This document shows, one piece after another, positions 22,891 through 33,899 of a stretch of DNA of 64,000 nt. The number at the start of each line of letters is the position of its first letter. Within the stretch, counting starts at the first letter, position 1. The stretch is from contig JBHGNT010000004.1 in the NCBI GenBank assembly GCA_043228905.1, positions 8,680,001-8,744,000 on the forward strand, read 5' to 3'. The position numbers were made by a program, and so were the translations under genes. The notes beneath the pieces are model-generated. The model saw nothing but the letters and a program-made list of their open reading frames with translations. It ran no database searches and was not told the origin of the DNA. This stretch comes from Azolla caroliniana (Eukaryota > Plantae > Polypodiophyta).

Positions 22891-23637
22891 TTGGAAGGAT
22901 ACAATAGAGAGCGAAGATCTTACTTCGATAGCGGCTACACGTGCGGCGATGGTGGACGATTGTCACACCATAACGGCGGCTACATGAGCTGTGGCGGTGA
23001 TTATCCTACGGGTCGATACGGGAGGTCCATCCAATGCGAAGGCCGTACATCTTTTGGAAGCGGCACACGTGCCAACATAAGACAAGAAGTGTATCCCCAT
23101 GGCGGCTGTGCAGGAGATCATGCAAGCCATGGCACGAACGACCTTCCGTCTTTCCCTCGCGGCCCTCCTCCTCCTCCTCTCCTCCCCACCTCATCCCTGC
23201 AGACAATTTCAAACATACCCTCTCACTTCCCATATTCGTTTAACCCTAATCACGCCCCTCCCCCCCCCTCCTTACTTCCTACAAATTTGAGGCATGCCCC
23301 CCCTTTATTTTCTATAAACCCCCCTCATACCCCTCCCCCATTTTTTAACCATGCCCCTATGCATTTCCCCCCTAATAACCCCCACAACGTTTCCCTATTT
23401 CCAAACTATACCCCTCCCCCTTTTCATGCATTTCCTACACATACCCCCCCCTTCTTTACTCATAACTCCCCTTCTACTTCTAGTAGATTTCAATATTCTA
23501 CCGCACCCTCAAAATTTCCCCCACACTTATATGAAATCCCTCATAGAAAACAACCTATCCGTACTCACAATAATCGGCCCCTTCCCACAAAACTACAAAC
23601 TTTCCCATGTAATAATGTTAGGACAAAAAACGTGTAG
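22891..23637 (+). CDS. PLE ORF1, Gly/Tyr-rich then Pro/His/Phe-rich low-complexity protein, possibly 5'-truncated
   Basis: Open from the telomere junction (first ATG at 22984). Ends just past an A-AAA-AAC site overlapping the RT frame. Confidence 0.6.
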   Translation: MEGYNRERRSYFDSGYTCGDGGRLSHHNGGYMSCGGDYPTGRYGRSIQCEGRTSFGSGTRANIRQEVYPHGGCAGDHASHGTNDLPSFPRGPPPPPLLPTSSLQTISNIPSHFPYSFNPNHAPPPPSLLPTNLRHAPPLFSINPPHTPPPFFNHAPMHFPPNNPHNVSLFPNYTPPPFHAFPTHTPPFFTHNSPSTSSRFQYSTAPSKFPPHLYEIPHRKQPIRTHNNRPLPTKLQTFPCNNVRTKNV

Positions 23638-23683
23638 CTAGGCGTGCCAAACGCGATAGTAAACAGTTTCGGCACGCCATACA
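23625..23683 (+). promoter_or_regulatory. Putative -1 programmed ribosomal frameshift signal (ORF1 to RT)
   Basis: In-phase A-AAA-AAC at 23625-23631. Stem GGCGTGCC (23641-48) / GGCACGCC (23671-78). Confidence 0.65.
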
Positions 23684-23741
23684 TCCCACGAAACGTCTCT
23701 TTTACCTTCTCGATAGACCTACTTCTACTTTAGATACTTTC

Positions 23742-25604
23742 ATGTGGTTAGGACGTCATACACCTAATTTTCCCTTCTCCCCATATGTGAAAAAGACCCA
23801 TAGTAGGAAACCCCGTAATAAATTTTGGACACCTCTCCTTAATAAACCTAGAATTAGTAGGATCCACAACCACTCTAATTATTCCCTCTCTAAACATGAG
23901 ACACAACTCCTTAGCCTAGGTTTGAAACACATCCTCCCATCTTCTCCACCATCATCCCCTACCCTACTTAAAGAATTTGATAGCCTAAGTAGGACCCTTC
24001 GACTTAAACATTTTTTTAAAGATGTGGATAATTTGCCCCAAAATCCCTTTAAGCTACCTAACCCTAGTTGGCAACCTCCTACTAAGTACACTCCCTTAGA
24101 AAACATTATATCTAAACACCAAACTATCTTTAGGGACACACTTCATACACTCAAATTAAAACCCACTAGGATTGCACCTCACTTATCACTAGCCTTACAA
24201 TCTCTTAAGAAAAACAACAAAATCATAATCCTACCTGCTGACAAGAATGTTGGAGTGTGTGTTCTGGATAAGGACACGTACTATAACAAAGCTATAGAAC
24301 ACCTTTCTGATACTAATACATATAAAAAAGTCTCCCACTATCCACTTGAGGAATTATCCTATAGATTGAAAAACATTGTTAATAACCATCTTGGTACCCT
24401 ATCCAACATAGAAGCCAATTACATACTACGTAAACCCTCAAAAGGGTACAAAGTATGCAATATCTATTTCCTCCCAAAACTCCATAAAAACCCAATAGGT
24501 TTTAGACCTATTTGCTCATACAATAACTCCCTTTTTGAACAAACATCAAAATGGCTTCACCACCAACTCATGCCTATCCTTCTCCTTCAAAAGCAATATT
24601 TGAAAGACTCACATTCCCTTGTCCAGACTTTAGAACATCTCAACCCACCCCCTAATAGCTTTATCTTCACCTTTGATGTTGAATCTCTATATCCCAGCAT
24701 ACCCCCTAGGTTAGGACTCCAAGCTTTACGAAAAATGATTACCCCACATTTTTCATCTTCTAAAACTAACCTTATCTATACACTTAGCGCACTCACATTA
24801 GAATATCACTTTCTATCCTTTGATGACATGATCTATCAACAAGTCAAGGGTACAGCCATGGGTAGTAATTTTTCTGTAGTTTATGCATGCCTATTCTTAG
24901 CTCACTTAGAGAACTCCCAGCCATCACACCCTAATCTTTTTTATTTCACTAGATATATAGATGATGCATTCGGGATATGGACAGGTACTAAACCCGAATT
25001 AGAAAATTACCTCCAGTTCTATAACACCTCCACTAATAACTGCATCAAAATTACCATCACCACTTCTCCCTTTAGATTACCGTTCTTAGATTTATGGATT
25101 AACCTAAAGAATTCACATTTCTCCTTTAATTGCTACCAAAAGCCCCAAAATGCCTACCAATATCTCTCATTCTCGTCAGTTCACCCCTTTCACTTAAAAC
25201 GTCATTTTATTATTAATGAACTAAAACGATACCTAATTAGAGAAAGTACCCCCTTAGGTTTCCTTCGAATGAAAAAACTATTTTTTAATAGATTAGTTAA
25301 GAGAGGGTATCCCCTTTCTTTTATATTAGAGAATTATAAAAAGGTGCCATTTAACGCTAGGAAATCACTAGTATTTAGTAGAAAACCTAAAAGTACCCTT
25401 ATACCTGTCATCTTCAAACTTAGGTATACGAAAGATACCCCTAGATTAGGAATTCACGACATGCTAGAAAACCTCCACGCAGATTTAGCCACACATCCCC
25501 AACTATCCGAACTACCGCGACCCTTCATATGTTGGACTAAGTCTAAGTCCATTCATTCCCTTCTCGTCAAAACTAAATATAAATCCATAAAAACTCCCAC
25601 TTAA
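23742..25604 (+). CDS. Penelope-like reverse transcriptase (frame open from 23622), no endonuclease domain
   Basis: PLE motifs LLSLGLK, ILPADKN, YFLPKLHK..FRPI, FDVESLYPSIP, YQQVKGTAMGS, RYIDD, LPFLDL, YQKP..QYL...S.HP, thumb RGYP. Stop follows the linker. Confidence 0.93.
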   Translation: MWLGRHTPNFPFSPYVKKTHSRKPRNKFWTPLLNKPRISRIHNHSNYSLSKHETQLLSLGLKHILPSSPPSSPTLLKEFDSLSRTLRLKHFFKDVDNLPQNPFKLPNPSWQPPTKYTPLENIISKHQTIFRDTLHTLKLKPTRIAPHLSLALQSLKKNNKIIILPADKNVGVCVLDKDTYYNKAIEHLSDTNTYKKVSHYPLEELSYRLKNIVNNHLGTLSNIEANYILRKPSKGYKVCNIYFLPKLHKNPIGFRPICSYNNSLFEQTSKWLHHQLMPILLLQKQYLKDSHSLVQTLEHLNPPPNSFIFTFDVESLYPSIPPRLGLQALRKMITPHFSSSKTNLIYTLSALTLEYHFLSFDDMIYQQVKGTAMGSNFSVVYACLFLAHLENSQPSHPNLFYFTRYIDDAFGIWTGTKPELENYLQFYNTSTNNCIKITITTSPFRLPFLDLWINLKNSHFSFNCYQKPQNAYQYLSFSSVHPFHLKRHFIINELKRYLIRESTPLGFLRMKKLFFNRLVKRGYPLSFILENYKKVPFNARKSLVFSRKPKSTLIPVIFKLRYTKDTPRLGIHDMLENLHADLATHPQLSELPRPFICWTKSKSIHSLLVKTKYKSIKTPT

Positions 25605-25754
25605 TACTATATGCCTTTTATATCCCACCCCCACACCCAGCCCCACCTATCACTTATCATGTACATACATATAACCCCCCTCTAACCCACTTTCACTAAC
25701 CAATCCATTACCTATCACAATTCCCCGTTTCCCTCTCTCCCATCATTAAACTCC

Positions 25755-25758
<4 letters not shown>

Positions 25759-25815
<57 letters not shown>
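25759..25815 (+). repeat. (CT)n microsatellite in the PLE 3' region, followed by TATATAA at 25824-25830
   Basis: Read directly from the sequence. Confidence 0.9.
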
Positions 25816-25817
<2 letters not shown>

Positions 25818-25851
25818 TCCCCCTATATAAACCTACCCTCTTGTTGTAAAT

Positions 25852-25903
25852 GACCTTGGCACTGATGAGCTCTACCTAGAGCGAAACTAGTTTGCACAAG
25901 GTC
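25852..25903 (+). ncRNA. Type I hammerhead ribozyme (minimal, palindromic stem III)
   Basis: Stem I GACCTTG-GCA / TGC-A-CAAGGTC, core CTGATGA, stem II GCTCTA/TAGAGC, GAAAC-TA-GTT. Predicted cleavage after 25892. Confidence 0.9.
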
Positions 25904-26138
25904 TTTCTAATGAAAATTTCTTAAGCTTTTCTCTTTTCTCTTTTCTCACTCACTCTTCTCTTCTTCTCTTCTTCTTTCATCTCATTCTCTCATTCTCTTT
26001 TACTCTTGGTCACCTCTAATCCTACTCACCTTAGTTTCACTTGCATCATTGCTTTATTTCTTTTCTTACTCTTCCCATATCATCTCAATAGTTGTGCTAG
26101 TTCGCTCGCACTCCTTGTCACGATCCTACGGTCATAGC

Positions 26139-26257
26139 AATACAGACAGGAAACCGAACCGACCGAAGAAGAAGAAGACACCGGAACCGGACAAAATCCT
26201 GAATCGGATGAGGATGACGAACAAATGGAGGAACCGGTAGTCAGAAACCATGGACGG
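26139..26257 (+). repeat. Right copy of the target-site duplication
   Basis: Identical to 22744-22862. The copia pol sequence continues afterwards. Confidence 0.95.
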
Positions 26258-29200
26258 AGATATCCTCTCCGGGAGAGAAGAGCCCCCCAAAGATTTCGGT
26301 ATGCATAACATGTGTTGCTGACCGATGAGGGGGAGCAGGAAAGCTTTGAAGAAGCAAGGGGAGACACCCATACCCGCAAGTGGTTGAGTGCCATGCACGA
26401 TGAGATGGATTCCCTGCATGAGAACCACACATACAAATTGGTGGAGTTGTCGAAAGGAAAGAGGGCACTCCAGAACAAGTGGGTGTACAAGTTGAAACCG
26501 AGACACGTCGGAAATCCACCAAGGTATAAGGCCCGAATCGTGGTAAAGGGCTTCCAGTAGAAGAAAGGAGTGGACTTCGATGAGATATTTGCCCCGGTAG
26601 TAAAGATGACATCAGTCCGGATGGTATTGGGCAAAGCGGCAAGCATGGGCCTCGAGGTAGAGGAACTGGACATCAAGACGGCATTCCTACACGGAGACGT
26701 CGAAGAAGAGAGCTACATGCATCAACCGGAAGGATTTGAGAAGAAAGGGAAGGAGCACTTGGTGTGCCGGCTGAAGAAGAGTTTATACGGACTGAAGCAA
26801 GCTCCCCGGCAATGGTACCGGAAGTTTGACTCCTTCATGACCGATCAAGGATACCACAAGACGTAGGCCGATCACTATGTGTTTGTGAAGAAATTTGATG
26901 GAGGAGATTTCCTGATATTGCTCCTATACGTGGACGACATGTTGATTGTCGGCCCTTGACTGGACCGTCTCAGTGAAAGACTTAGGTCCAGCAAGATAGA
27001 TATTGGGTATGCACATCATCCGGGACCGGTCGAAGAAGCAATTGTCGTTCTCAAAGGAAAAGTATGTGACAAAGGTATGTCAGCGGTTTAACATGTTAGA
27101 AGCAAAACCGGTTGGATCGACACTCCCGGCAAAATGCAGATTATCCGGTAAGCAAACCCCGAAGACAAAGGCAGAGAAGGCGGATATGATGAAGATTCCA
27201 TATGCCTTTACGGTCGGGAGGTTTATGCACGCAATGGTGTGTACTCGACCAGATATTGGTTACACAATCAGAGTGGTGAGTCGGTTGATGACCAACCCCG
27301 GAAAAGAGCACTGGAATGCGGTAAAATGGATACTCCGGTACTTGAAGGGAACTTCGAGTATGTGCCTCCGATTCGGCTCCGGTAAACCCCTCATGGAAGG
27401 CTTTACCGATTCGGATATGTCGGCTCTACTGCGACATCGATGTCGCATTCGCCCGAGCACATGCACTACCCGCCATATGCCTCTCAAAACCCATTCCTAT
27501 TGAAGCCATTGATGGGTGTGTCCTCTCATCAAGAGTAATTACCAAGATTACAATCCCATTAGGGCTTCGTGTGGGCTCCCACCAGGAGGAGCTCCCCTTT
27601 TACCTCATCGCATCCTTTGGGCATGCGATCATCTTAGGACTATCGTGGCTGGAAGCGCACAATCCAATAGTGGATTGGTGCAATCACTCGATCACATTTA
27701 ATGAGCCAGGATGCTCGTGCACAACTATGAAGGCCAATTCCGTTTCACATCCTTCGGAGACGGTTGATCCCGACTCGGCTACTCCACCCTTAGTTCATCA
27801 CCCACTCGCCATTTGTGGAGCTACTTCTAACACACTCCACGCTATTCCTGACAAGTATAAAGACTTCTCCGATGTATTTGAGAAACGTAATGCAGATCGT
27901 ATGCCTGAACACCGGCTCTACGACTATCCCATCGATCTTCAAGAAGGCGTGTCTCCACCCTTTGTTTCTCTATATGCATTGTCTGTAGGAGAGCTAAAGG
28001 CCCTTCGAGTGTATCTCGATGAGAACCTCGTGAAAGGATTTATTCAACCTTCTAAGTTGTTGGCCGGGGCCCCCATATTATTCATGAAGAAGAAGGACGG
28101 CTCTCTACGCTTATGTGTAGACTATTTGGGGTCTAAACAAACTCACTGTGTGCAACCGCTATCTGATCCCCGAACTCCTCGACTGGCTCCGCACTATGCA
28201 TGTCTTCTCCAAAGTTTATCTGCATGGTGCGTACAATTTGGTCTGCATCAAGCCCAATGATGAATGGAAAACCGCCTTCCGAACACGATATGGGCATTTC
28301 GAATATAAGGTAATGCCTTTTGGTCTTACTAATGCCCCAATTGTTTTTCAACATATGATGAACGATATATTTCATGAATATCTCGATCATTTTGTGGTTA
28401 TGTACCTGGATGATATTCCCATTTTTTCGCCAAACATGGCAGAGCACACCTATCAAGTGCAATTAGTTCTTGCAAAACTTTGGGAGCACGACCTTTATGC
28501 CAAAAGTGAGAAATGCGAGTTTGACCGTACCTCGATTGAATTCTTGGGCTACATCATCTCGCCCAATGGCATCGCAAGGGATATGAAGAAGGTTTCCGTC
28601 ATTCAGGGTCATTCGGGAGTGGGTGACTCCAACTTGACTTAAAGATGTACAATCCTTCCTTGGCTTCGCCAATTTTTACCATCACTTCATCCAGGGGTTT
28701 TCCACTCTAGCCCATCCTCTTATCGCCCTCACGCACAAAGGTACTCCCTTTCTATGGACCTTGCCGGCATAAAATGCGTTCAACTCTCTCAAACACACAT
28801 TCACCATTGCCCCTGTGCTCCTACATGCCAACCCCACAAGACCCTTCCATGTCGAAATTGATGCCTCAGACTTCGTCATTGGCGTCATTTTATCCCAGGC
28901 TGATTATTCCAACATAATGCACCCGGTGGCTTACTACTCTTGTAAATTCACGACATCCAAAATAAATTATCCAATATACGACAAGGAGCTTGCTGTTATC
29001 ATTGCCTCCTTTGAAGAATGGCACCCCTATTTAGCCAGAGCACAGCACCATGTCCAGGTAGTGACTGATCATAAGAATTTAATTTATTTTTCCATTACTT
29101 GTACTTTGAATCGAAGGCAGGCTCGTTGGTCGACATTTCTCGCCGACTATGATTTTGAGATTGTATTTCGACCTGGTGGCCAACATGGGATGGCCGATGC

Positions 29201-30173
29201 TCTTTCTCATCGACCCGAATTTGCCATCCACCCCGGGGATGCCGCTAATGCTCAACAATCTCGTTGTTTGCTGAAACCCGACCAATTGCATCTTTTTTCC
29301 ACTTGTATGTTGCAAGATGATTCGTTACCTCAACAGATCACTGATGCATCCATGACTGATGCATTCGCCAACAACATTCGAAATAGTCTACAAAATCCCT
29401 CCAAGACACCGAGAAGGACAAACCATGACCACTTCACCAGACAAGATGGTTTGTTATTCCGCGATCATCTCTTATACGTACCGGAGGGCCCGTGTCGCAC
29501 TTGAGTGTTGTGGGAATGCCACGATGACCCCCTTGTAGGGCACTTTGGAGTTGCAAAAACCTTCGAACTAATCTCTCGAGGGTATTGGTCGCCACAACCA
29601 TGGAATTTGGTCAAATAATACATCAAGATTTGTGAGGTTTGCACTCGCTCCAAAGTTGCTCATCATCGACCATATGGCTTACTCCAGCCGCTTCCATGCC
29701 CTAGTTGCCCCTAGGCCTCTATCTCTATGGACCTCATAACCGATCTACCCTTGGTCAATAGCTATGACTTGGTGTTGGTCGTTGTTGATCGGTTTACAAA
29801 GATGGCTCACTTCACTCCATGCTCAAAAACCATTTCCGAAGAAGGAATGACGCATCTACTCGTCAATCATGTGGTTCATTTGCATGGCCTCCCCGACGAT
29901 GCCATCTCTGATCGTGGACCCCAATTTGTCTCTCACTTCTGACAGTGCCTACTACAAACTTTAGGCATCTTCGTCAAGTTGTCCTCCGCTTATCACCCTC
30001 AGACTGACGGTCAGATGTAGTGCGTCAACCAAATCCTTGAGCAATAAATTCGGTGCTCAGTTAGTTACCAACAAGATGATTGGGTCAACTTACTTTCACT
30101 CGCAGAATTCGCCTACAATAATTATGTCCATGCATCAACTGGCGTCACTCCATTCTTTGCAAACTATGGTTTA

Positions 30174-30600
30174 TGTTGAGAGACAAGCTCAACATCGGCC
30201 GGATCGGCTGAAGAAGCCGAGGACCAGATCGGTTGGGCCGAATGCGTAAACCGGTACGCAGATCGGTGCGTAGGTAGAGCCGGATTGGTGCGTAAACCGG
30301 GAGGCCGTTAGGAAAGATATTCCATGAGGAATATATTTGGGAGTTAGTGTAGGAGCTCTTAATGAGCATTGAAGTACTGTCAGTACTTCTGTCAGTCCTT
30401 CTAGGACTTGTATAAAAGTGTTCATTGAACACACATGTATACAGAGTAGTGAATAGAGGTTGAATATAGTTCTTGTGTTTCTCTCTCTCACTCTCTATGT
30501 CTCTCCCCGTATACTGCGTAAGCTCCAACTCTCCATTAAACTTGAGTTTTTCTTCCTTCTGTTCGGTCTTCATACTTGCTTCCACACATTACTTTTTACA
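30174..30600 (+). mobile_element. Solo LTR inside the gypsy integrase
   Basis: TG...CA ends and perfect TSD GTTTA. Related to the LTR at ~35050-35508 (opposite strand). Confidence 0.88.
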
Positions 30601-31297
30601 GTTTACATCCTCGCTTCAACATTTCCCTCCCTACCACTTCTGTGAACTCTTCGGCAGAGGGTGGAGCCCGCGTTTTAGAAGAGCTACATCATGATTTATC
30701 CTTGGAGCTTCGTCTCGCTAGTGAACGATACAAGAAATACGTTGATTGTCATTGCTCTAGCACTCCACCCTTTGTCGTTGGCGACATGGTCTAGTTGTTA
30801 CGACGACACATCTCTACTACCCATCCATTTGAGAAATTTGATTACAAGAAGTTGGGACCATTCCGTATAGTTGAGCGCATCAATCTCGTCGCCTTCCGGT
30901 TGGCCTTTCCATCCCATTTCCGAATTCATGATGTTTTTCATGTCTCCCTCCTCGAGCCCCATTATGATTCGCAACTCCCAGGATGCCAAGCCCCCCCCCC
31001 CCCACCAGCACCACCACCTATGCAATTGACGACAAGCGAGGAATACGAGGTCAACCAAATACTTGACTCACGTTTGCACCGTCAGCACCTGCAATACCTC
31101 GTCTTGTGGAAAGGTTACCCCTTGTCTGACACCACATGGGAACCCGCAAAGAATTTATAAAATGCCCCGAAGGTGGTTCAAGATTTTCATCTCCGATATC
31201 CTCACAAACCGGCGAAGGGTTTGGGAAGGCGGCGTAGGAGGGGAGATAATGTCATAGACTCGAACCTCTAACCTATAACACACCCAATACTTCATAT

Positions 31298-31788
31298 TGT
31301 TGGTAGACAGGTCTCTCCGGATGGTGCAGGCCCGGTATGAACCGGATGAGGAGAACCCGACTTCGGAGAGTCGGATGGTGCAGGCCCGGTATGAACCGGA
31401 TGAGGAGTACCCGACTTCGGAGAGTCGGATGGTGCAGGCCCGGTATGAACCGGATGAGGAGTACCCGACTTCTGGGAGAGTCGGATGGTACAGGCCCGGT
31501 ATGAACCGGATGAGGAGAACCCGACTTCTGGGAGAGTCGGATGGTACAGGCCCGGTATGAACCGGATGAGGAGAACCCGACTTCTGGGAGAGTCGGATGG
31601 TACAGGCCCGGTATGAACCGGATGAGGAGTACCCGACTGCGGAGAGTCGGATGGAGCCCATCAAGGCTACATTTGTAAATAGCCGAAAAGTCATATTAGT
31701 ATAAATATGACTTAGGGCAAAATTTTAGTTATGTGTGTGATTATTATTCTTCCTTGTTGGTGCAAGAAGAAATTAGATCGCGTAACTG

Positions 31789-31820
<32 letters not shown>

Positions 31821-32109
31821 CGAGGTCGTTGCCTCTGTTGTAACCGCCGCCTGTGGCGAAGATCTGAGAACACGAGGTCGTTGCCTCAGTGATCTCACTG
31901 TTGTATATTTCTGCATAGTGACAGTTTGCAGCTTGTGGGCTGCCGTGGTTTTTTCCCCTATTTTGTGGTTTTCCACGTATACCTCCTGTGTACCATTTCT
32001 CCTCTTCTTCTCCTCTTTTGTGTCGCGTTTTCATTACCTGTTTTCTGTGTATGTAAATAATCTCGGTTGTGGCCGAGCGTCGGACATAAGGAACGTCGAG
32101 TTCCCAACA
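31298..32109 (+). mobile_element. Solo LTR of the copia B family with an expanded 54-56 bp tandem array (~6 units)
   Basis: Perfect TSD CATAT. Homologous to 3941-4603. Confidence 0.93.
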
Positions 32110-32449
32110 CATATTAGATAAACCTTTTGGAAACCCTTAAGTTATATGTAAAGTATATGGTTAATATTATATAGTTGAGTATATAGAATATTCTATTGTT
32201 TAGTATATACTAGAAATGTTCTATGGTATATTCTAGACAAGTATATTCTAGAGATATTTCTCGGGTATATTCTAGAGATATTTCTTAGGTATATTCTAGA
32301 GATATTCAATCTCAGAACTTGTATAAATATGTGCGTTCACCTAGATTATAATCAAGGTGAACAACACCAGTACGGAGTCTTTCAATTAATCAACTCATCC
32401 CTTTGATTATCTTCTACTACTCTCTTGTGTATATCTTGTACTCGTGACA

Positions 32450-33400
32450 GTCTCCTCTTCTCCTCTACCATCACATCATAATCAGTGGGAATAGTTGGAT
32501 CACTCCAGTCAGTCCTTTGACAACCATCTTCAATGCAAATAGTCTGAATAGTTGGTTCTTGCTTTGGCATTTCAATTAGTCAACCTACGGTTGAAGTAGA
32601 ATGGAAAATAGCTTGTGCATGTCAAAGCTCTTCTTCCTCCAAGAGCTTTTTCATTCCTCCTCGCCCAAAATTTGTCTTCAGTGGTTGTCCAGTCACAGAT
32701 CAGTGGATCAACCGATCCTTGTAGAATATGAGGTTCTTCTGCATAGCCTCCTAATGCTCCACACACTCTGATCTTCAATGCTCCAATCTGTCACACCATA
32801 AGCATCGAAAATACCTAGTCGGAAGAGTTTGTTGCACTTGTGGCTGATGTTGCACCTTCGACATGGAAGAAATCTTCCACTCCATGAATAGCTTCACCTG
32901 CTTATCCACGTCACTTGGTTGTGTTTTTTCCATAAATACCTAGATCCCTGTTCCTTTTTACTCAGAGAGGAGGTCAGAGTAACATTTCCAAGGCCCTTCA
33001 AGTCCAACCATGTCCATCTTTTCTAATATCAAAGATAGATGGACCGAATTCAGCTCCAGTCCTCCCAACTTGTTTCTAACTAACCTGATTCCATAAGTTT
33101 CCCTAGCTCTACCATATCCACATAGGGAACTGAGCGAAGGAAGAGAACCACCTTCTCTAGTTCAAGCAAAGTTTGCTCCTGAACTGAGAGTTGTCGAAAC
33201 TTTGCTTCAAAATCAACAAGGGTCTTTAGAACTGACCCATGCTTCTTGTCTGACCCCACCCAAGCTTCAAATGCACGTTAGGTCATCTTGGTGGAATCAG
33301 TATAATTGAAAACACGAAGCAGATCATGACAGAATGCCTCCCAATTGACATCTTGCGTCTAAAGCTCTTCTATGATAGGAAGAACAAAAAAACCTACCCG
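32450..33400 (-). pseudogene. Highly degenerate gypsy gag fragment
   Basis: TDWSDP...VMVEEKRR resembles TGWSDP...VEEKRKR of the tRNA-Trp gypsy gag. Confidence 0.5.
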
Positions 33401-33899
33401 TGAAGACAAAAAACCTTGTATCGTTTCACTGATATGACACAAGTTCGAAAGCCCTTGGAATAAGCTTTCCAACGAGTATAGACAGTTGAAAACAAACATC
33501 AAAATTGAGAGTTATGAATAAAACACCCTACACAGCTAACCCTCAAACATAGAAGAAGAAAGAATGCCAAATAGAAAATCTCTATTTCTTCGAGAAGGAA
33601 AAAAAAAACTTTTACAAAATATGACTCTTTGATTGTTCCCCCTCATGATAATAACCCTCTCCCTCTTATACTAAATGGATGATTTTACATATTGCCATGT
33701 GGTACACCCCTAGAGAAGCATGTGCATGTACGTTATATAAAAGCATGTTGGCCATGTGGCACACATGTAGAGAAGCTTTGGATGTGCATTATATGGTGTG
33801 CATACAATACATTACATGGTTTGCATATAAATCCCTAATAACAATAATACTAAAGAAACTTGAGTCTAGAATATAAATCAATTCCAATGAGTCAAATCA

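Larger units (their letters stand above)
22861..26138 (+). mobile_element. Endonuclease-deficient Penelope-like retroelement (PLE)
   Basis: PLE-type RT with no GIY-YIG, 3' hammerhead ribozyme, telomeric cap, long target duplication, no LTR termini. Confidence 0.9.
14531..27436 (+). mobile_element. Degenerate Ty1/copia copy C (same family as A/B), host of copia D and the Penelope-like element; 3' end deleted
   Basis: 5' LTR ~14531-15076. Degenerate PBS TGGTATCAAAG at 15079. gag/PR/IN pieces 15105-16778, IN resumes at 22144, RT pieces 26312-27425. Confidence 0.9.
27437..32449 (+). mobile_element. Degenerate chromoviral Ty3/gypsy (Tcn1-like), 5'-deleted: PR-RT-RH-IN-chromodomain and 3' LTR 31250-32449
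   Basis: [41 protein letters not shown], chromodomain EYEVNQILDSR...YLVLWKGY..DTTWEP. PPT AGGAGGGGAGA before TGTCAT at 31250. Confidence 0.9.

Noticed and set aside
25605-26138. GIY-YIG endonuclease downstream of the PLE RT
   Set aside because: The region is pyrimidine-rich and low complexity, with no suitable ORF, GIY/YIG motif or CCHH linker visible.
31317-31650. Regular palindromic repeats resembling a CRISPR array
   Set aside because: The units are contiguous with no unique spacers, lie inside a TSD-flanked copia LTR, and there are no cas genes in this eukaryotic context.
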